From contig BCIN01000002.1 in assembly GCA_039545335.1 (NCBI GenBank), forward strand, positions 1,377,118 through 1,441,117: a stretch of DNA of 64,000 bases, in the 5' to 3' direction. The notes below the pieces were generated by a model. It had not been told where the DNA came from, made no database searches, and saw only the letters and a list, made by a program, of their open reading frames with translations. The stretch comes from Kondoa subrosea (Eukaryota). Of the stretch, positions 1-13,437 are shown in pieces; positions within the stretch are counted from its first letter, which is position 1, and each line of letters begins with the position of its first letter. Both the position numbers and the translations under genes were made by a program.

Positions 1-229
1 TATGAAAGCAGCTTTCATTCCTTTCTCCATCGGTGGTCGAAACTGTCCTGGTCAAAATCTGGCACTCGTCGATATGCGTTTCTTCACTTCTACAATCATG
101 CGTAATTTCGATGTCAGAGCTGCACCTCAAACAACGACTGAATCTATGCGCCCTTATGATCTTACCACTGTGTCGCCGACTTCTGGCAAATGCGATCTGA
201 TCTTCAGCTCGAGGAAAGCGAAGGCTTGA
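1..229 (+). CDS. Cytochrome P450, 3' end only (gene starts upstream of window)
   Basis: Heme-binding signature PFSIGGRNCPGQNLA (FxxGxRxCxG); stop TGA at 227-229. Confidence 0.9.
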   Translation, partial: MKAAFIPFSIGGRNCPGQNLALVDMRFFTSTIMRNFDVRAAPQTTTESMRPYDLTTVSPTSGKCDLIFSSRKAKA

Positions 230-351
230 TTTGGGCTCGTGATCTTCTTGACCGTGTACATAACACTAGAGATTCAGCCAGATATCTTCTTCCAATGCAA
301 CGGCTTTACTTTTATCTTCTTTCACAAAGCTCGATAGTGACCTCTTTGGCT

Positions 352-453
352 TTGAGATGCAGGCAAAGTTCAGATCAAATAGCGCAGAGCTCAAGCATGC
401 ATTGAGACGTAGGCAAAGTTCAGATTAAATAGCGCAGAGCTCAGGCATGCATT
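352..453. repeat. Tandem duplication of a 50-bp unit (2 copies)
   Basis: ttgagatgcaggcaaagttcagatcaaatagcgcagagctcaagcatgca (352-401) vs ttgagacgtaggcaaagttcagattaaatagcgcagagctcaggcatgca (402-451); 4 mismatches, all transitions. Confidence 0.9.
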
Positions 454-495
454 AAACTTCTGATCGTTTTTACAAAAGGTCGCTGCACATATACC

Positions 496-1765
<1,270 letters not shown>

Positions 1766-1974
1766 GCTTGATAGACTCAGCTTGTTCCTTGCACTTGCTT
1801 GGGGTTTGCTTGGACACGCGAGATAAGCAATTCCTTCGATCACATGTCTCTGTCGGCTGTATCTTATCGGATGCTTGCATTTGAGGAAGTTCCGAATTGA
1901 AGCGACCTTCCGTCCGGAAGTGGAAACGAACTCTGCTCTCTATCAATTCCCATTACCCTGCTTCCATCTTCACA

Positions 1975-4008
1975 ATGCTCAACGAGAAAGAAAAGGATTT
2001 AGCTACTTCTGGTGTTGAACCAGTCCTACTGGACTCGGAAGGCCAAGAAGCGGGCACTGATAAGTTTGAAGTCTTCAAGAAATCTACAGGCAAGTTGAAA
2101 GCTCTTCGTGCTCATTGAAATCTACTTACTCAAGCTTTTACTCAGACGGAGTGGATTACCGTACCAATGGATGGATCAAGACCTTCTTTCTCATGTTTAA
2201 AATCCAGTTCTCGTGAGCAGCTGACGGCATATAGTCGAAAGAAGTATCATTCCAATGCCTTACAACAGTTTGGGCATCCTGTCCATCCCTTCAGTCTTCG
2301 GGCCCGTTGGAGCTCTTCCAGGCTCTTTGCTCATTGTGGGATGGGGTCTTTTCAATGGGTATAGTGCGTTCGTCCAGGCTGCATTCAGGCAAGTCTTATA
2401 TTGCACGGAATGCGGAAAGGCTCTTATCGGGTTTTACACGCAAACCAGGAATCGCCATTCTGGCTGTCACGGGATTCAAGACATGGCTATGATCGTTGGC
2501 GGAAAATTCTACAAAGAGCTCGTCGGAGCTTGTTACCTCCTTGGGTAAGCTTTTTTTTCTGTTACTTGCTTCCAGCTGACGCGGTTAGACAGCTTCGTAC
2601 TCGTTACTGGATCAGGGTACATCGCTACGGCAATTGGGCTAAACGCTTTGTCTGAGCATGGTGCTGTACGTCTATATTCTTCTTCGAATATACCCAAGCT
2701 TATTTGCTCTCTTCAGTGTACCGTTTGGTTTGCTTTTGTCGGATTCATCTTCTGTACTGCAACCAGCGCTTTCCGTATGTCAAAGGCCTCTGCTACAGTG
2801 ATCGAAATTCTTTGCTCAAATCTCGATGTCCTATAGCAAAGTTCTCTCAAATCTCTATCTTATGCTGGATCGGATGCTTCTCAATCTACATTGCAGTCAT
2901 CATCCTTACTGTTGGCGTTGCTACAAGAGATCGACCTGCTGCTGCACCTCAAACAGGCGATTACGATCTGGGCTTCGTTGCTGTCGGAAATCCTACCTTC
3001 TTGAGCGGTCTCGCCGCTAGTAGTGTGATCTTCATATCGTCAAGCGGACACTCTGCTTTTACTCCTATTATCGCGGAGATGCGTAATCCTAAAGATTATA
3101 AGCGACCAATTGCTGCGTGTATGTCTTTCTTGTCCGTTTCCTATGTGAGTTTTCGATGGCCAGACTACATTCATGGCTGATAATCTCTTCAGTTGATAAT
3201 ATCGCTTGTCATCTTCCGCTATTGTGGCCAATACATTGCATCTCCTTCACTTGGATCAGCCGGGCCTTTGATAAAGAAGATCTGCTATGGTATCGGCTTA
3301 CCAGGTATCTTGATATCGACAAGTGAACTTCCTTCTGAAAGTTTCAATACTACGTCTAACGATCTTTGTAGCTATCAACCAGCACTTGGCAGCAAAATAT
3401 CTTTTTGTTAGAATCCTGAGAAATACCAAGCACCTTCAAGCTAAAACCATGATTCATTGGTCTACCTGGCTAGGTTCTGTTATTGGAGTCGGAATTGTTG
3501 CATTCGTTGTGGCAGAGTAAGCATACGATGCTATCCAACGAGTCCCACTGACGTCTGCGTACAGAGCTATCCCGTTCTTCAACACCCTTCTGGCGCTCGC
3601 AAGTTTACGAGACCGACATGTCTTGCTGCTCTGATCTTTTTACTGTATAGGTCGCTTCCATCAGTTTTACACCTTTGGCTATCATATTCCCAATGACATT
3701 CTGGCTATATGACTTCAATCACTGGAGGAAAGGCAACATGTTGCGGAAAGCAGCTTGGGCGTTCCACGTTCTGTTCATCTTTATTGGTTTATTCCAAGTG
3801 AGTAGATATTTTCAACGAGAGTCGACCTGACATTTTTGTCTTTCGCGCAGGTTGTCGGTGGAGCCTATTCCGCTGTCCAGTCTATTCTAGATCTATATGC
3901 CGCCGATGCGGCTGGTACGGCTTTTAGCTGTGCTGACAAGTGAGTCTAGGCTAGTGCTTGTCTTTCGTTCGGGAGCTAAGCTTCTGCCTCAGCTCCAATT
4001 CCACTTGA
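1975..4008 (+). CDS. Amino-acid transporter (Aa_trans/AAAP, Neurospora Mtr-like)
   Basis: Spliced [57 protein letters not shown]-terminal FSCADNSNST*; many TM segments. Confidence 0.9.
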
Positions 4009-4481
4009 AGAGAGAAATGTCGCGTGTGTGGTTAAACCTTTGTAGATTTTTGGGATTTGCTAGAGCCCTCGGGTAGATCAGTAATGTCAGACTGGAATTT
4101 TATGATTTACTGCAGCTGTATCGCAACGACTGTCAAGTCACAAAGCAAAAACTGATAGCTCCATTCTAATTTATGGATTATACGGCAGACACAATGACGT
4201 CGAGATGTTATGCATGATAATTTCTCTTTTTCGTTTAGTCCCGTTCGGACATCTTGATGGCAGATCGCCCTTACCATCTGCCAGAACTTCCTGTCTGAAC
4301 TTGACATGATTGCTTTCAATGAGAGCTATTGCATGTCGTCCATTAAAGCTACGAATGAAATTCAAGACAACAAAGTTTCAAGTAGAGACAGATCTCACAT
4401 ATTTGACCTTCGAAGGTTGGTTGCGGATATTTCTCGAGATTGTTGATTTCCACTCGAAGGCGTTCGGAATGCTGACTCAGT

Positions 4482-5645
4482 TTATGTCTTGTCTCCAACA
4501 CCGACTCCAACCTGGCAACAATCTGAGAATTGAATATCAGCTGGCAGCGAGATTAGGTGAGCAAGCCAGCTGACCTCTTCCTCCCACTTCGTCTCGAAGC
4601 GAATAGTCAGCCGCTCGGAAGGTGCGTGATGTCGCCAAGCCTCAACACACATATCAAGGTTGCGTGGTCCCAGATTATCACTCCTGAAGGAAAGAAGCCG
4701 AAGGGAAGAAGGTAAATTACGCCGGAGACTTTCTTCCGCAAATGTCAAAGGGTAGCATAGAATGCAGCTTTCGAGATAGGGGAGTCTGTCCATCCATGAG
4801 AATCGTCCGGCCTCGGTATCGTCTGTGTAATTTGTGTGGATTGAAAGATGTCGAATTCTAGTACAATGTATGCCGACGAGTGTTATCAGGTGCTCGAAAG
4901 AGTGTTCTTGATCTTCCTGATCAATGAGATTTACAAGGTGAATAGTATTGAGAGCGGGAAAGGCCGGGAAGAGCCTAGGCAATTCATCCTTGTACAGAAT
5001 GCAATCGAAGAGCAGGAGTTCGGTGATGGACGTCGCTTGCGAGGCTAAAGACTTATAAATGAATCGATTGAAGCCATCTAAACTTAATCTCTTCAATCTT
5101 GGGTTTGCAGCATTTACCAGTCTCAACACTTGCTGCCATTCATCTCCTTCCTCCGAGTCGAACAAGCCACAACCGTTATCAATCCATTGGACTCGATCCA
5201 ATTTTGACAGAGGCAAGAGAATACTAGTCCAGATTGACGAGATGGAGCCGTTCATCAATTTCGTTGGAAATGTAATTTCGTCGAGATCGGGTACCAAGCT
5301 GATCAATCTGTGAAGAGCTGGAAAGATATCTTGTGACAAATACAATTTGTAAGCCTCTTCTGTACCAGTCGTTTCTTTATCCAGTTGAAACCATTTTAAA
5401 CTAAGCTTTCGAGGCCAATGCTGTTTCCTTCTGTCCTCAGATAGCGCTACTATGAGTGCTTGCACGTCGATCAGACCATGCAAAACGATTGAACGAAAGA
5501 CAGCATGAATGCAGGCAGAAGAAAGTTGCTTGCAAGTGAGAACAGCAGATAACGCATCGGTAGGGCTTAAATGCGTCGAGATTGAAGCCAAAAGCTCTGG
5601 CGGCAGTGATTGAAGGGTTACTGTCTCTTGCATTGATTCAGCCAT
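4482..5645 (-). CDS. F-box protein with LRR-like C-terminal region
   Basis: LQSLPPELLASISTHL..LSAVLTCKQL..VFRSI F-box, followed by repeated LxxLxL motifs (LKRLSL, ITELLL, LNTIHL, IRHLSI). Long uninterrupted ORF; the exact 3' end may be spliced. Confidence 0.75.
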   Translation of the reverse strand: MAESMQETVTLQSLPPELLASISTHLSPTDALSAVLTCKQLSSACIHAVFRSIVLHGLIDVQALIVALSEDRRKQHWPRKLSLKWFQLDKETTGTEEAYKLYLSQDIFPALHRLISLVPDLDEITFPTKLMNGSISSIWTSILLPLSKLDRVQWIDNGCGLFDSEEGDEWQQVLRLVNAANPRLKRLSLDGFNRFIYKSLASQATSITELLLFDCILYKDELPRLFPAFPALNTIHLVNLIDQEDQEHSFEHLITLVGIHCTRIRHLSIHTNYTDDTEAGRFSWMDRLPYLESCILCYPLTFAEESLRRNLPSSLRLLSFRSDNLGPRNLDMCVEAWRHHAPSERLTIRFETKWEEEVSWLAHLISLPADIQFSDCCQVGVGVGDKT

Positions 5646-6274
5646 TCCCTTTTGTGCCACTCTGACGGGAGCCCTGCTATGTGGTGGTCTGCTTCTGGTC
5701 TGCCACAGAGGGCGCCAAGGTGATCCAGAATCCGCCTGCGTTGGTCGAATGGGTTTCAAATTTGAAAGGCGTCAGAAGCAAGTGCAGGCCCGCGGCAATT
5801 GTTGAGGCGGTCTACTCAATCTTTTGCACGAGCTCTATATTCTCTCGCAGCTGTCTGAACATTTTCCTTTGCTTTCTGCTTCTGTGCAGGTGTGCGGTCT
5901 TTGGGCAAATACCCCTTCCCTCGCAAATCTGTGTTCGCTGTCACACTTCTGTGTATCTCATTGCGCTATTGTGCCCATCTGAGCGGTTTGAGCAGAATTT
6001 CTGTTGATACTTGTGATTTCCGTTATCGCCAACATTCCCTCTGCAAGTCTCGGTTTTGTCGTGTTACTGTGCTGCGATTACTGGTACCGCTCAGAAGGAT
6101 ATGACCGTCTGACGCCCGACATTTAGGAATCAGGATAAAACATTTCTTATCTCTCGCTTGCCGGTGCCCAGCGAGGTCGGATAACACCGCAGTGGGGTTG
6201 GCTTATCGTGACTTTTCCTGTATCACTGGTACCAAGAGCGCCATCGCCAATTCTCCATATATCCAGGTCAATAC

Positions 6275-9132
6275 ATGGATATCCCTCAAGGCAATTCTGC
6301 AACACCGAAGAAAAGGTCTCGTCCGCGCAATCCCGCAGCATGTACAAGGTGCAAGAGCAGAAAGCAGCGTTGTGATCTGGTTGAGGGTGCAGCAGTGGGT
6401 ACTGTATGCCATCAATACATCCAGTACTCACTATGACGCTACAGCCATGTGTAAGCTGTTCTCTCAGTCAGCGATATCTCATAATTGTTATCATTAGCGA
6501 AATTGCGCCGATAGCTCTGCTGAATGCATCTTTGCACCTCGTTCAGACGGCAAACGAAGGCGAAAGTAAGCAAATCCCTTTTGATTTTTTCTTTGGCATA
6601 TGCTTAAGCGTCAACAGGCAAACTGTAGCTGGAGCAGCTGCAAGCAGTATAGCAGCAAATCAGTCACTCCAAGCTGGAAATGGTCATAGCGATCGTCAAT
6701 CGACACTCCCTCCGATCGATCTTGCGTTGGGTCGGCCTTGTGTTTTACTCGACTCAAGCCGCTCAGAACAAGATATTCCAATAATGCCTGCCTTCGGTGC
6801 ACCTACAAGCTTTTCTCCCCTTTTTCCCTCAGCTCCAATGTCACCCGGAACGGACAATTCAGACTACAGCGAAGATTCGGTCGACTCTGCAGCAAAGGGT
6901 GTAGCCTATGTCACACTTGAAGCGGCTGCTGAGCCTCACTACCTTGGGCCATCTTCTGGTTTTAATTGGGCGAAGATGATACTCAAGTTTGTCTTTCTTC
7001 ACCAATGCTCTGGCCGAAATTGAGCGTGACCCACAGCGGAATGGCTGGAGCCGAGCAAGCTTCGTCAAAGCTAGAGCACAAATCGGCGACCTACTCATCA
7101 ATACAGAACACATCAGTCCATACCGACAGGAGCGAGATGCTGCCAATCTCTACTGAAGTCGCTGCATTGCTCATCGAGGCGGTATATCGGCATATCCAAC
7201 CGCGATACCCGTTCTTAGATTGGGTGTCTTTGCATGATGAATGGCAACGAAGAGATGAGATCTTACATGCAGCCAAGCAGAAGACAGTTCCTTCAAGCAT
7301 CTCGGCCTGTAGATTTCTCCCTGCGTCCCGTTTTCCTGACTTATAAAGCGAGATATAGCGGCATTCTTCATGTACATGATTCTCGCGATAGGCAGTCAAC
7401 TTTGCAGCAAGCTCAATCTGCCGATCCAGTCGCCCGATTGCTATTACTCCCAAGCAATGCCACATCTCGATGTCCTTGTGCAAATGCATAACCTCAAGAA
7501 TGTCCAGGCATTGCTCCTAATGGCCATGTACAGCCTGAGAAATAGTCATGGCCCATCCGTTTGGTATCTCAGCGGTGTCACAATGCGATTGTAAGTATAC
7601 TCAGCTATTCAAGCAGCGATCAAGCTGAATCCGCTTACAGATGTGTCGGCATGGGCTTACATCGCCAAACAAATGCACATAGAAGGCGAAGTATTTCACG
7701 TTACGAAGATGAATTGCGCAAGAGAATCTTCTGGACAGCATACATGCTTGATCGAATGATGTCTCTGAGTCTGGGACGACCAGTCTGCATCGCCGATGGC
7801 GACATTGATGCCGAACTGCCTGGAAACTTCAATTGTACCGATACAGTTCCTACATCAGAAGCCTCGCATAATACTTCCATGTCTTCGGCTATTCACCACA
7901 TCAAACTGTTAGTCTTGCTCTATCATTATCGGCAATTGCTGACCTGCGCCTGACTGCATGATTCAGAAAGCGCATAGAAAGCCTCATCCAGCGTGTCATT
8001 TACCGCGTCGACGGGATTCCTGCATCAACGGATGAAGTTGAAGATATTCTGAGGAAGATTCAAGAGTGGGAAATTTGTATGCCACAGGAAGCATGTGAGG
8101 TCCTTGTTGGGCGATGCACCGCGTCAGCTGATTACGTTCATAGTCTCGTCTGAGTGCTGGAGTCTGCCTTGCTGTTCTCGTGATTGGTGTGTTAATATTT
8201 TCTGCTCAGTCGAGAGGTCTGACTTTTCTCCCTGGAAGGTTTTTGCTCAAGAGCGCTGGTGGGTATTTATGAATTGGTACTTAGTACGCTCTAAGGCCAT
8301 TCGATTGCTCTAGAGGTTCGGCTATATCTCTTGCGCCCGCTCACAATCGATACCGATTCACCCAATCGGAAATTTCTGACTGAGCTTGCAACATCTGCAG
8401 CGACTGCATCGGCGATACAACAAAGAATACATATGAATGGACAGCCGATGTCCAGCTCGTCTGTCTCTGCATTTTGTTGTCGACTAGCAGCTGACAGCTG
8501 CTTTCAGATCCCTTCATTCCATCTTCCTTGGCGGATTGACACTTCTCCACGCTGTCCACGTCGACTCCCAGGTTATGCCTCATCGGGAAGTGTCCAAGGC
8601 GGTTCGGAATGTATCAAACACGCTCTTTGCCTATTCCCAGCAATTTAAGATCGGCCAAATTTTGCAAGAAGCCTTTGAAGATCTAGCCTCAGCTAGTTTA
8701 GAGCGCTTAGCTAACCCTACTTTGTTCCCATCTCATTCAGTTCTGCCGACGGAAGAGGCGACTAGCAATCTTTGGCAGAATACTCTTTCACAGATGTCAA
8801 ACCAGATGAGTGAGCTTGCCTAATCTTGTTGTTATTCGCCCATCAAAACACTCATCATTGCTTCAGGCGCGAATCAACAGAATGATCTTTCCAGGTTTGT
8901 TCCCGCTACCTGCAAGTGCTTCCGTTTCTCAATCTGAAAGCACAGCCTGCTCGGATCATTGGGTGTTCAAATGGCATCGAGTAGTCATGCTCCTCTATCG
9001 CCAACGAATTATGCTCCATTCCCAGAATCGGTTGGCTTTGATTCGGGCGATCCCTTTCCATTGGATTATTTGCTCAATATGAATCAAACTGCCTCTACAC
9101 CTTCGGTTTTCGATTGGTCATTATATCCCTAG
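6275..9132 (+). CDS. Zn(II)2Cys6 transcription factor with fungal-specific middle homology domain
   Basis: MDIPQGNSATPKKRSRPRNPAACTRCKSRKQRCD...PC/RNCADSSAEC; YLGPSSG; HIQPRYPFLD; ELRKRIFWTAYMLDRMMSLSLGRPVCIADGDIDAELP; ends FDWSLYP*. Confidence 0.88.
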
Positions 9133-9237
9133 ACATGTATGAATAAAAGGACATCAAATCTTGTAACATAAACTGCCACCCTGATTTGTTACATTGGGTA
9201 GATTACGTAATGCATTTTGACCTCAAACCATTCTACA

Positions 9238-9819
9238 ATGCCGATTGAAGAAAAAGAGCAGAATTGGCTAGCTGTACCTAGCACCTTGTGTTTCGGAGGT
9301 CTCTCGCGTGCTCAATTGGACTACCTGGACAATTTCTTCCTTCATCGCTTCTCAGTCTCAGACAAATCTTATGCTACAGTGGAACACTATTTCCAAGCTG
9401 CAAAGTTCTTTTCAGTTGATCCGGGCTACGCAGAAGAGATCAGACAAGCTCGAGATGGAGCGGAAGCTAAACGGTTAGGTGCAAGCAAGCGATTGTCGAG
9501 AGAAGTTCTGGATGCTTGGAAAGCTGGCGGAAGTACAAGAGCTATGCAAACTGCGCTGAACGCAAAGTTCTCACCTGGATCTGAGCTTGCGAGAAGACTT
9601 GTCATGGATACTGGTGATCGTATACTAATTGAGAAAGTCGAGGATGAGTGAATTTCATGTCTACCTGTCTTTTTGTGAATTCACGGCTCATTGAGATGCA
9701 GCCCTACTTGGGACGATCGTCTTTGGGGAGCAGGCAAAGAAGGCTTTGGTTTGAATCGGATGGGCGTATTGCTGACGAATTGGCGAGATGAGCTAAAGGC
9801 GAAACAGACATCGACTTAG
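9238..9819 (+). CDS. Standalone NADAR-domain protein (YbiA-like N-glycosidase/ADP-ribosylhydrolase fold)
   Basis: LDNFF..YATVEHYFQAAKF..EAKRLG..ALNAKF..TGDRILIE..DRLWGAGKEGFGLNRMGVLL after removing intron 9648-9701. Confidence 0.88.
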
Positions 9820-10532
9820 CTAATTTGACTGAGTGAGCAGCAATTCCTTCACTGCTTTCGAATTACACTGATTGTGAATAGCTATCGCTGTACAGCTACG
9901 ATTGACTTTTCTCAAGCGATCTAGTGAAGATCGCTCGCTTACAAGACTATACTTATATCCGTTCCCCCCTCTTATGCTGGGTCAAGAAGATCTTACGGAA
10001 TTCAGGCGTTTCTCGAAGCAACGATTTGGCCTGCTCGTAGGATGAGCAACCTACCTTTACCATCAATTGGAATCCTCCTAGAAGACGGATGGCGTTTGAG
10101 CATAGGAGTCGAGAGCGACTGGGCGCTCTTCTGCGGTCTCGTATGATTTGCTCGGCGCGGATATGGTGCGAATCGCCTGTAACACTTCGAATGTAGAAGC
10201 GGTTCTGTATTGATAATGCCAGCTGTGCTCCTTAGGCCTCTGATCCCTGTGTAGAGCGTTGTGCTATATGGACATCAGGAAGCCAAAGTGTCCCAGTTCA
10301 GAGAGGGTCGCAGATCGCTCAAATGATGAAAGAGGAGTCGATTTTGCATATGAGAGCTCATCAGGCAGAGAAATGAGGTACAGATAGGCCAGACATGCAT
10401 GTAAACTTGCAATTCTAACTTTGAGCAGTTTGTCTCGATTCGACGATTATCGCCAAATCGGTCACTCTCGCTTCGAAGCCAGTCAACTCTCGAGCAGCAA
10501 GTCACGTCAGAACCTACAAGGCAAGAAATAAG

Positions 10533-10602
10533 CGCGGCTCGAGCAATTTGCGCGCAACGCGTGTACTCAGTATTGACTTTTTCTGCGCTATCTAATCTCG
10601 CG
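10533..10602. promoter_or_regulatory. Cluster of MCB-like CGCG elements upstream of the MBF-type gene
   Basis: ACGCGT at 10557-10562 plus CGCG cores at 10533, 10551 and 10599, all 50-120 bp upstream of ATG 10651. Confidence 0.5.
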
Positions 10603-10650
10603 TATCCTTCCTTTGGAGAGCACAAGAACCCTTCCTTCCATTGAAAAACC

Positions 10651-12965
10651 ATGAGCGCCAACACGACTCAAATCTTTAAGGCGACCTATAGTAATGTTCC
10701 CGTTTATGAAATGCCTTGTAAAGGTGTCGCAGTACGCTCTGGTCCACTTTGGTGCTGGTGCTAGACTGATCCTTGATACAGGTGATGCGTCGTCGAGCTG
10801 ATGGATGGCTGAATGCTACGCAAATCTTGAAAGTAGGCTTCATTTGGGCATGTCTCTGGCCCGACTCAATATTCACATAACAGGTCGCTGGCTTCGACAA
10901 ACCTCAACGTACTCGAGTCCTGGAGCGAGAAGTCCAAAAAGGGACTCACGAAAAGGTTCAAGGAGGTTATGGCAAGTATCAAGGTAGGTTCTCCATGACG
11001 TGAGGCATTTTACTCCTGCTTACTGAATCGGTAGGAACTTGGGTTCCGAGTGAAAGAGGTCTTCAACTTGCTACCCAATATGGTGTCGATCATCTTCTAC
11101 AGCCTATTATTGATTATGTTGCAACCCAAGATTCTCCACCTCAAGCTCCCAAGCATGTCACGGCACCTTCTAATAGAGCAAAGAAGGTCAAACTAGATGC
11201 AGATCCTGATCATCCTCGGCCTGTTTCAGCCCGACAGAGCGCCGCTTCGACTAAGGCAGCAGCCAAAGCAGCAGCAGCTCAACAAGCAGCTCAAGCAGCT
11301 TCAGCAGCACAGGCAGCGGCACATATGGCTAGTCAAGCTCAAGCCCAAGCTCAAGCACAAGCCCTTGCTCATGCTAATTACTACCAAGAAGAACCTGAAC
11401 GTTCTCGACTTCAACAAGATGAAGATCGATCCCTCTCTCCATCGCCTTCCGAAGCTTCTTCCCACTCTCGTACTCCTTCTCCTATTGAATCTGGTGGTTC
11501 TGATTACGATCCATCCGGCGCACCTAATCCATCTTCAAAGAAACGGAAGCATGATCAAGCTATGGGCGGACAGCAACTTCAACAGCAGCAGCAACAGCAA
11601 CAATTGGAGATGCAACCACCTTATGCAGCTCCTGGGGGAAATCCAATGCGCTACGCTCGACTAATTCTCGATTACTTTGTTTCTGAATCCACTCAAATTC
11701 CTCAATTCCTCATTCAACCTCCTGCCGATTTTGATGCCAACGTAATCATCGATGATGATGGTCATACAGCTCTACATTGGGCATGCGCAATGGGAAGAAT
11801 TCGGATTGTTAAACTCCTCTTAACTGCCGGAGCCGATATCTTCAGAGCAAATGCAATGGGTCAAACCGCTCTGATGCGAAGCGTCATGTTCACCAACAAT
11901 TACGATCTAAGGAAATTTCCGGAACTCTTTGAATTGCTTCATCGATCTACTATCAATATCGACAGTCACGATCGAACGGTCTTTCATTATGTGGTCGATA
12001 TCGCTTTGCAGAAAGGCAAGACTCATGCTTCTCGGTATTACATGGAAACCATCTTGGTCCGTTTAGCGGACTATCCGAGAGAAGTTGCCGATATCCTCAA
12101 TTTCCAAGACGATGAAGGTGAAACTGCTTTAACTTTGGCTGCAAGAGCTAGAAGTCGTCGATTGGTCAAGATCTTGCTTGATAACAATGCAGATGGTAAA
12201 CTAGCCAACAAAGAAGGTAAATCAGCGGAAGATTACATTCTGGAAGACGAAAGATTCAGAGCTCCTTCTTCCTCGAATCTGGGTCCAGGTGGATTGATCG
12301 GTATTCATGCTTTCCCTGCACAACTTCATTACTCCGAATCTGGTCAAAGAGCTTCTGGTCAGGCTATACCACAAATGTCTGGAATGTTGGAATCGCTAGC
12401 GACTTCTTTCGACACGGAACTGCAAGAAAAGGAAAGAGATTTAGCTCAAGCCAATTCTTTGCTTGTCAATATGCAGAATGAAATCACAGAATCGCAAAAA
12501 GTGGTTGGGCAATTGCAGCAAAAGGCTGATGGGCAACAAGATGGATTACAAGCTCAAGAGGAACAACTTCAGAAGGAGCTGCAAGATAAAATGGCACAGA
12601 GATTTAAGATGGGTTGGGAAAAGTATGTTCAGGAAGAAGAGAATCGATTCAACAACATCTCGGCTAGCGGTGGAGCAATGCCATCAGATCTGGCTAGTCT
12701 CTATTCTTTACCCACGAATGCAGAAGGATTACAGCAAGCCTGCGAGCAGACCAGAAGCATGATTGGCAATCTATCTTCAGAACGAGCAGATCTGTTCAAT
12801 CAATACATTACCTTGCAAGCAGGAGCAGGGACGGGTCAAAAGATGGGAGACTACCGAAAATTGGTTGCTCTGGGTTGTAATGTGCCTATCGCTGATGTCG
12901 ATGGAGTTGTCAACAGTTTGCAGGAAACGATGGAACAAGAACAGGGTGCCAATGCTTTCATGTAA
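10651..12965 (+). CDS. MBP1: APSES (KilA-N) + ankyrin cell-cycle transcription factor, Mbp1/Res1/Swi4 family
   Basis: [70 protein letters not shown]; ankyrins [12 protein letters not shown] and [11 protein letters not shown]-terminal coiled coil; AQ- and Q-rich tracts. Confidence 0.92.
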
Positions 12966-13437
12966 CACTAGGAGATTTCGGATGTGAATTGCTGGCCTTT
13001 TGCCTTTCTTTCATAGCTGTGGGACTGCTTGAGCTTAGATAGCCTAGATAAGCAATATGCATGGAGATGAACATCATGTTGTCACGAAAATCGCTGGCAA
13101 AATAGGTAATAATATAGTGCAGTGCGGGTACGTATACATGCGATGAGGTATAAAGATGTCTGGTAGTAGCTTTTCCACATCACCAACCACTTTTGTTCGG
13201 TGCAAGCTAAAGCTGCCATTTGCTGTCGAGCTTGCAGAGTCATCTGCTGAAAGTATATGGCCTATCTGTAGACTGGCAGTCATGTTCAGATGAACTTGTC
13301 ACTTCCTCCGGTCTCAAATGTACTCACCCACTATGTTGCCCGCAGCTCTTGACGATGTGACGCTGGTGTATGATAAACTCTTGCTTGCCACCAGATGATG
13401 AAGCTTCCACTGTGCCGGCCGAAGCCAGGATGCTTGA

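Noticed and set aside
9817..9828. TAG-CTA readthrough-like context after the NADAR stop
   Set aside because: The extension would be only x-L-I before the next stop, with no PTS1 or other signal.
11197..11664. 155-aa alternative-frame ORF overlapping MBP1
   Set aside because: A by-product of low-complexity Ala/Gln codons in the real frame.
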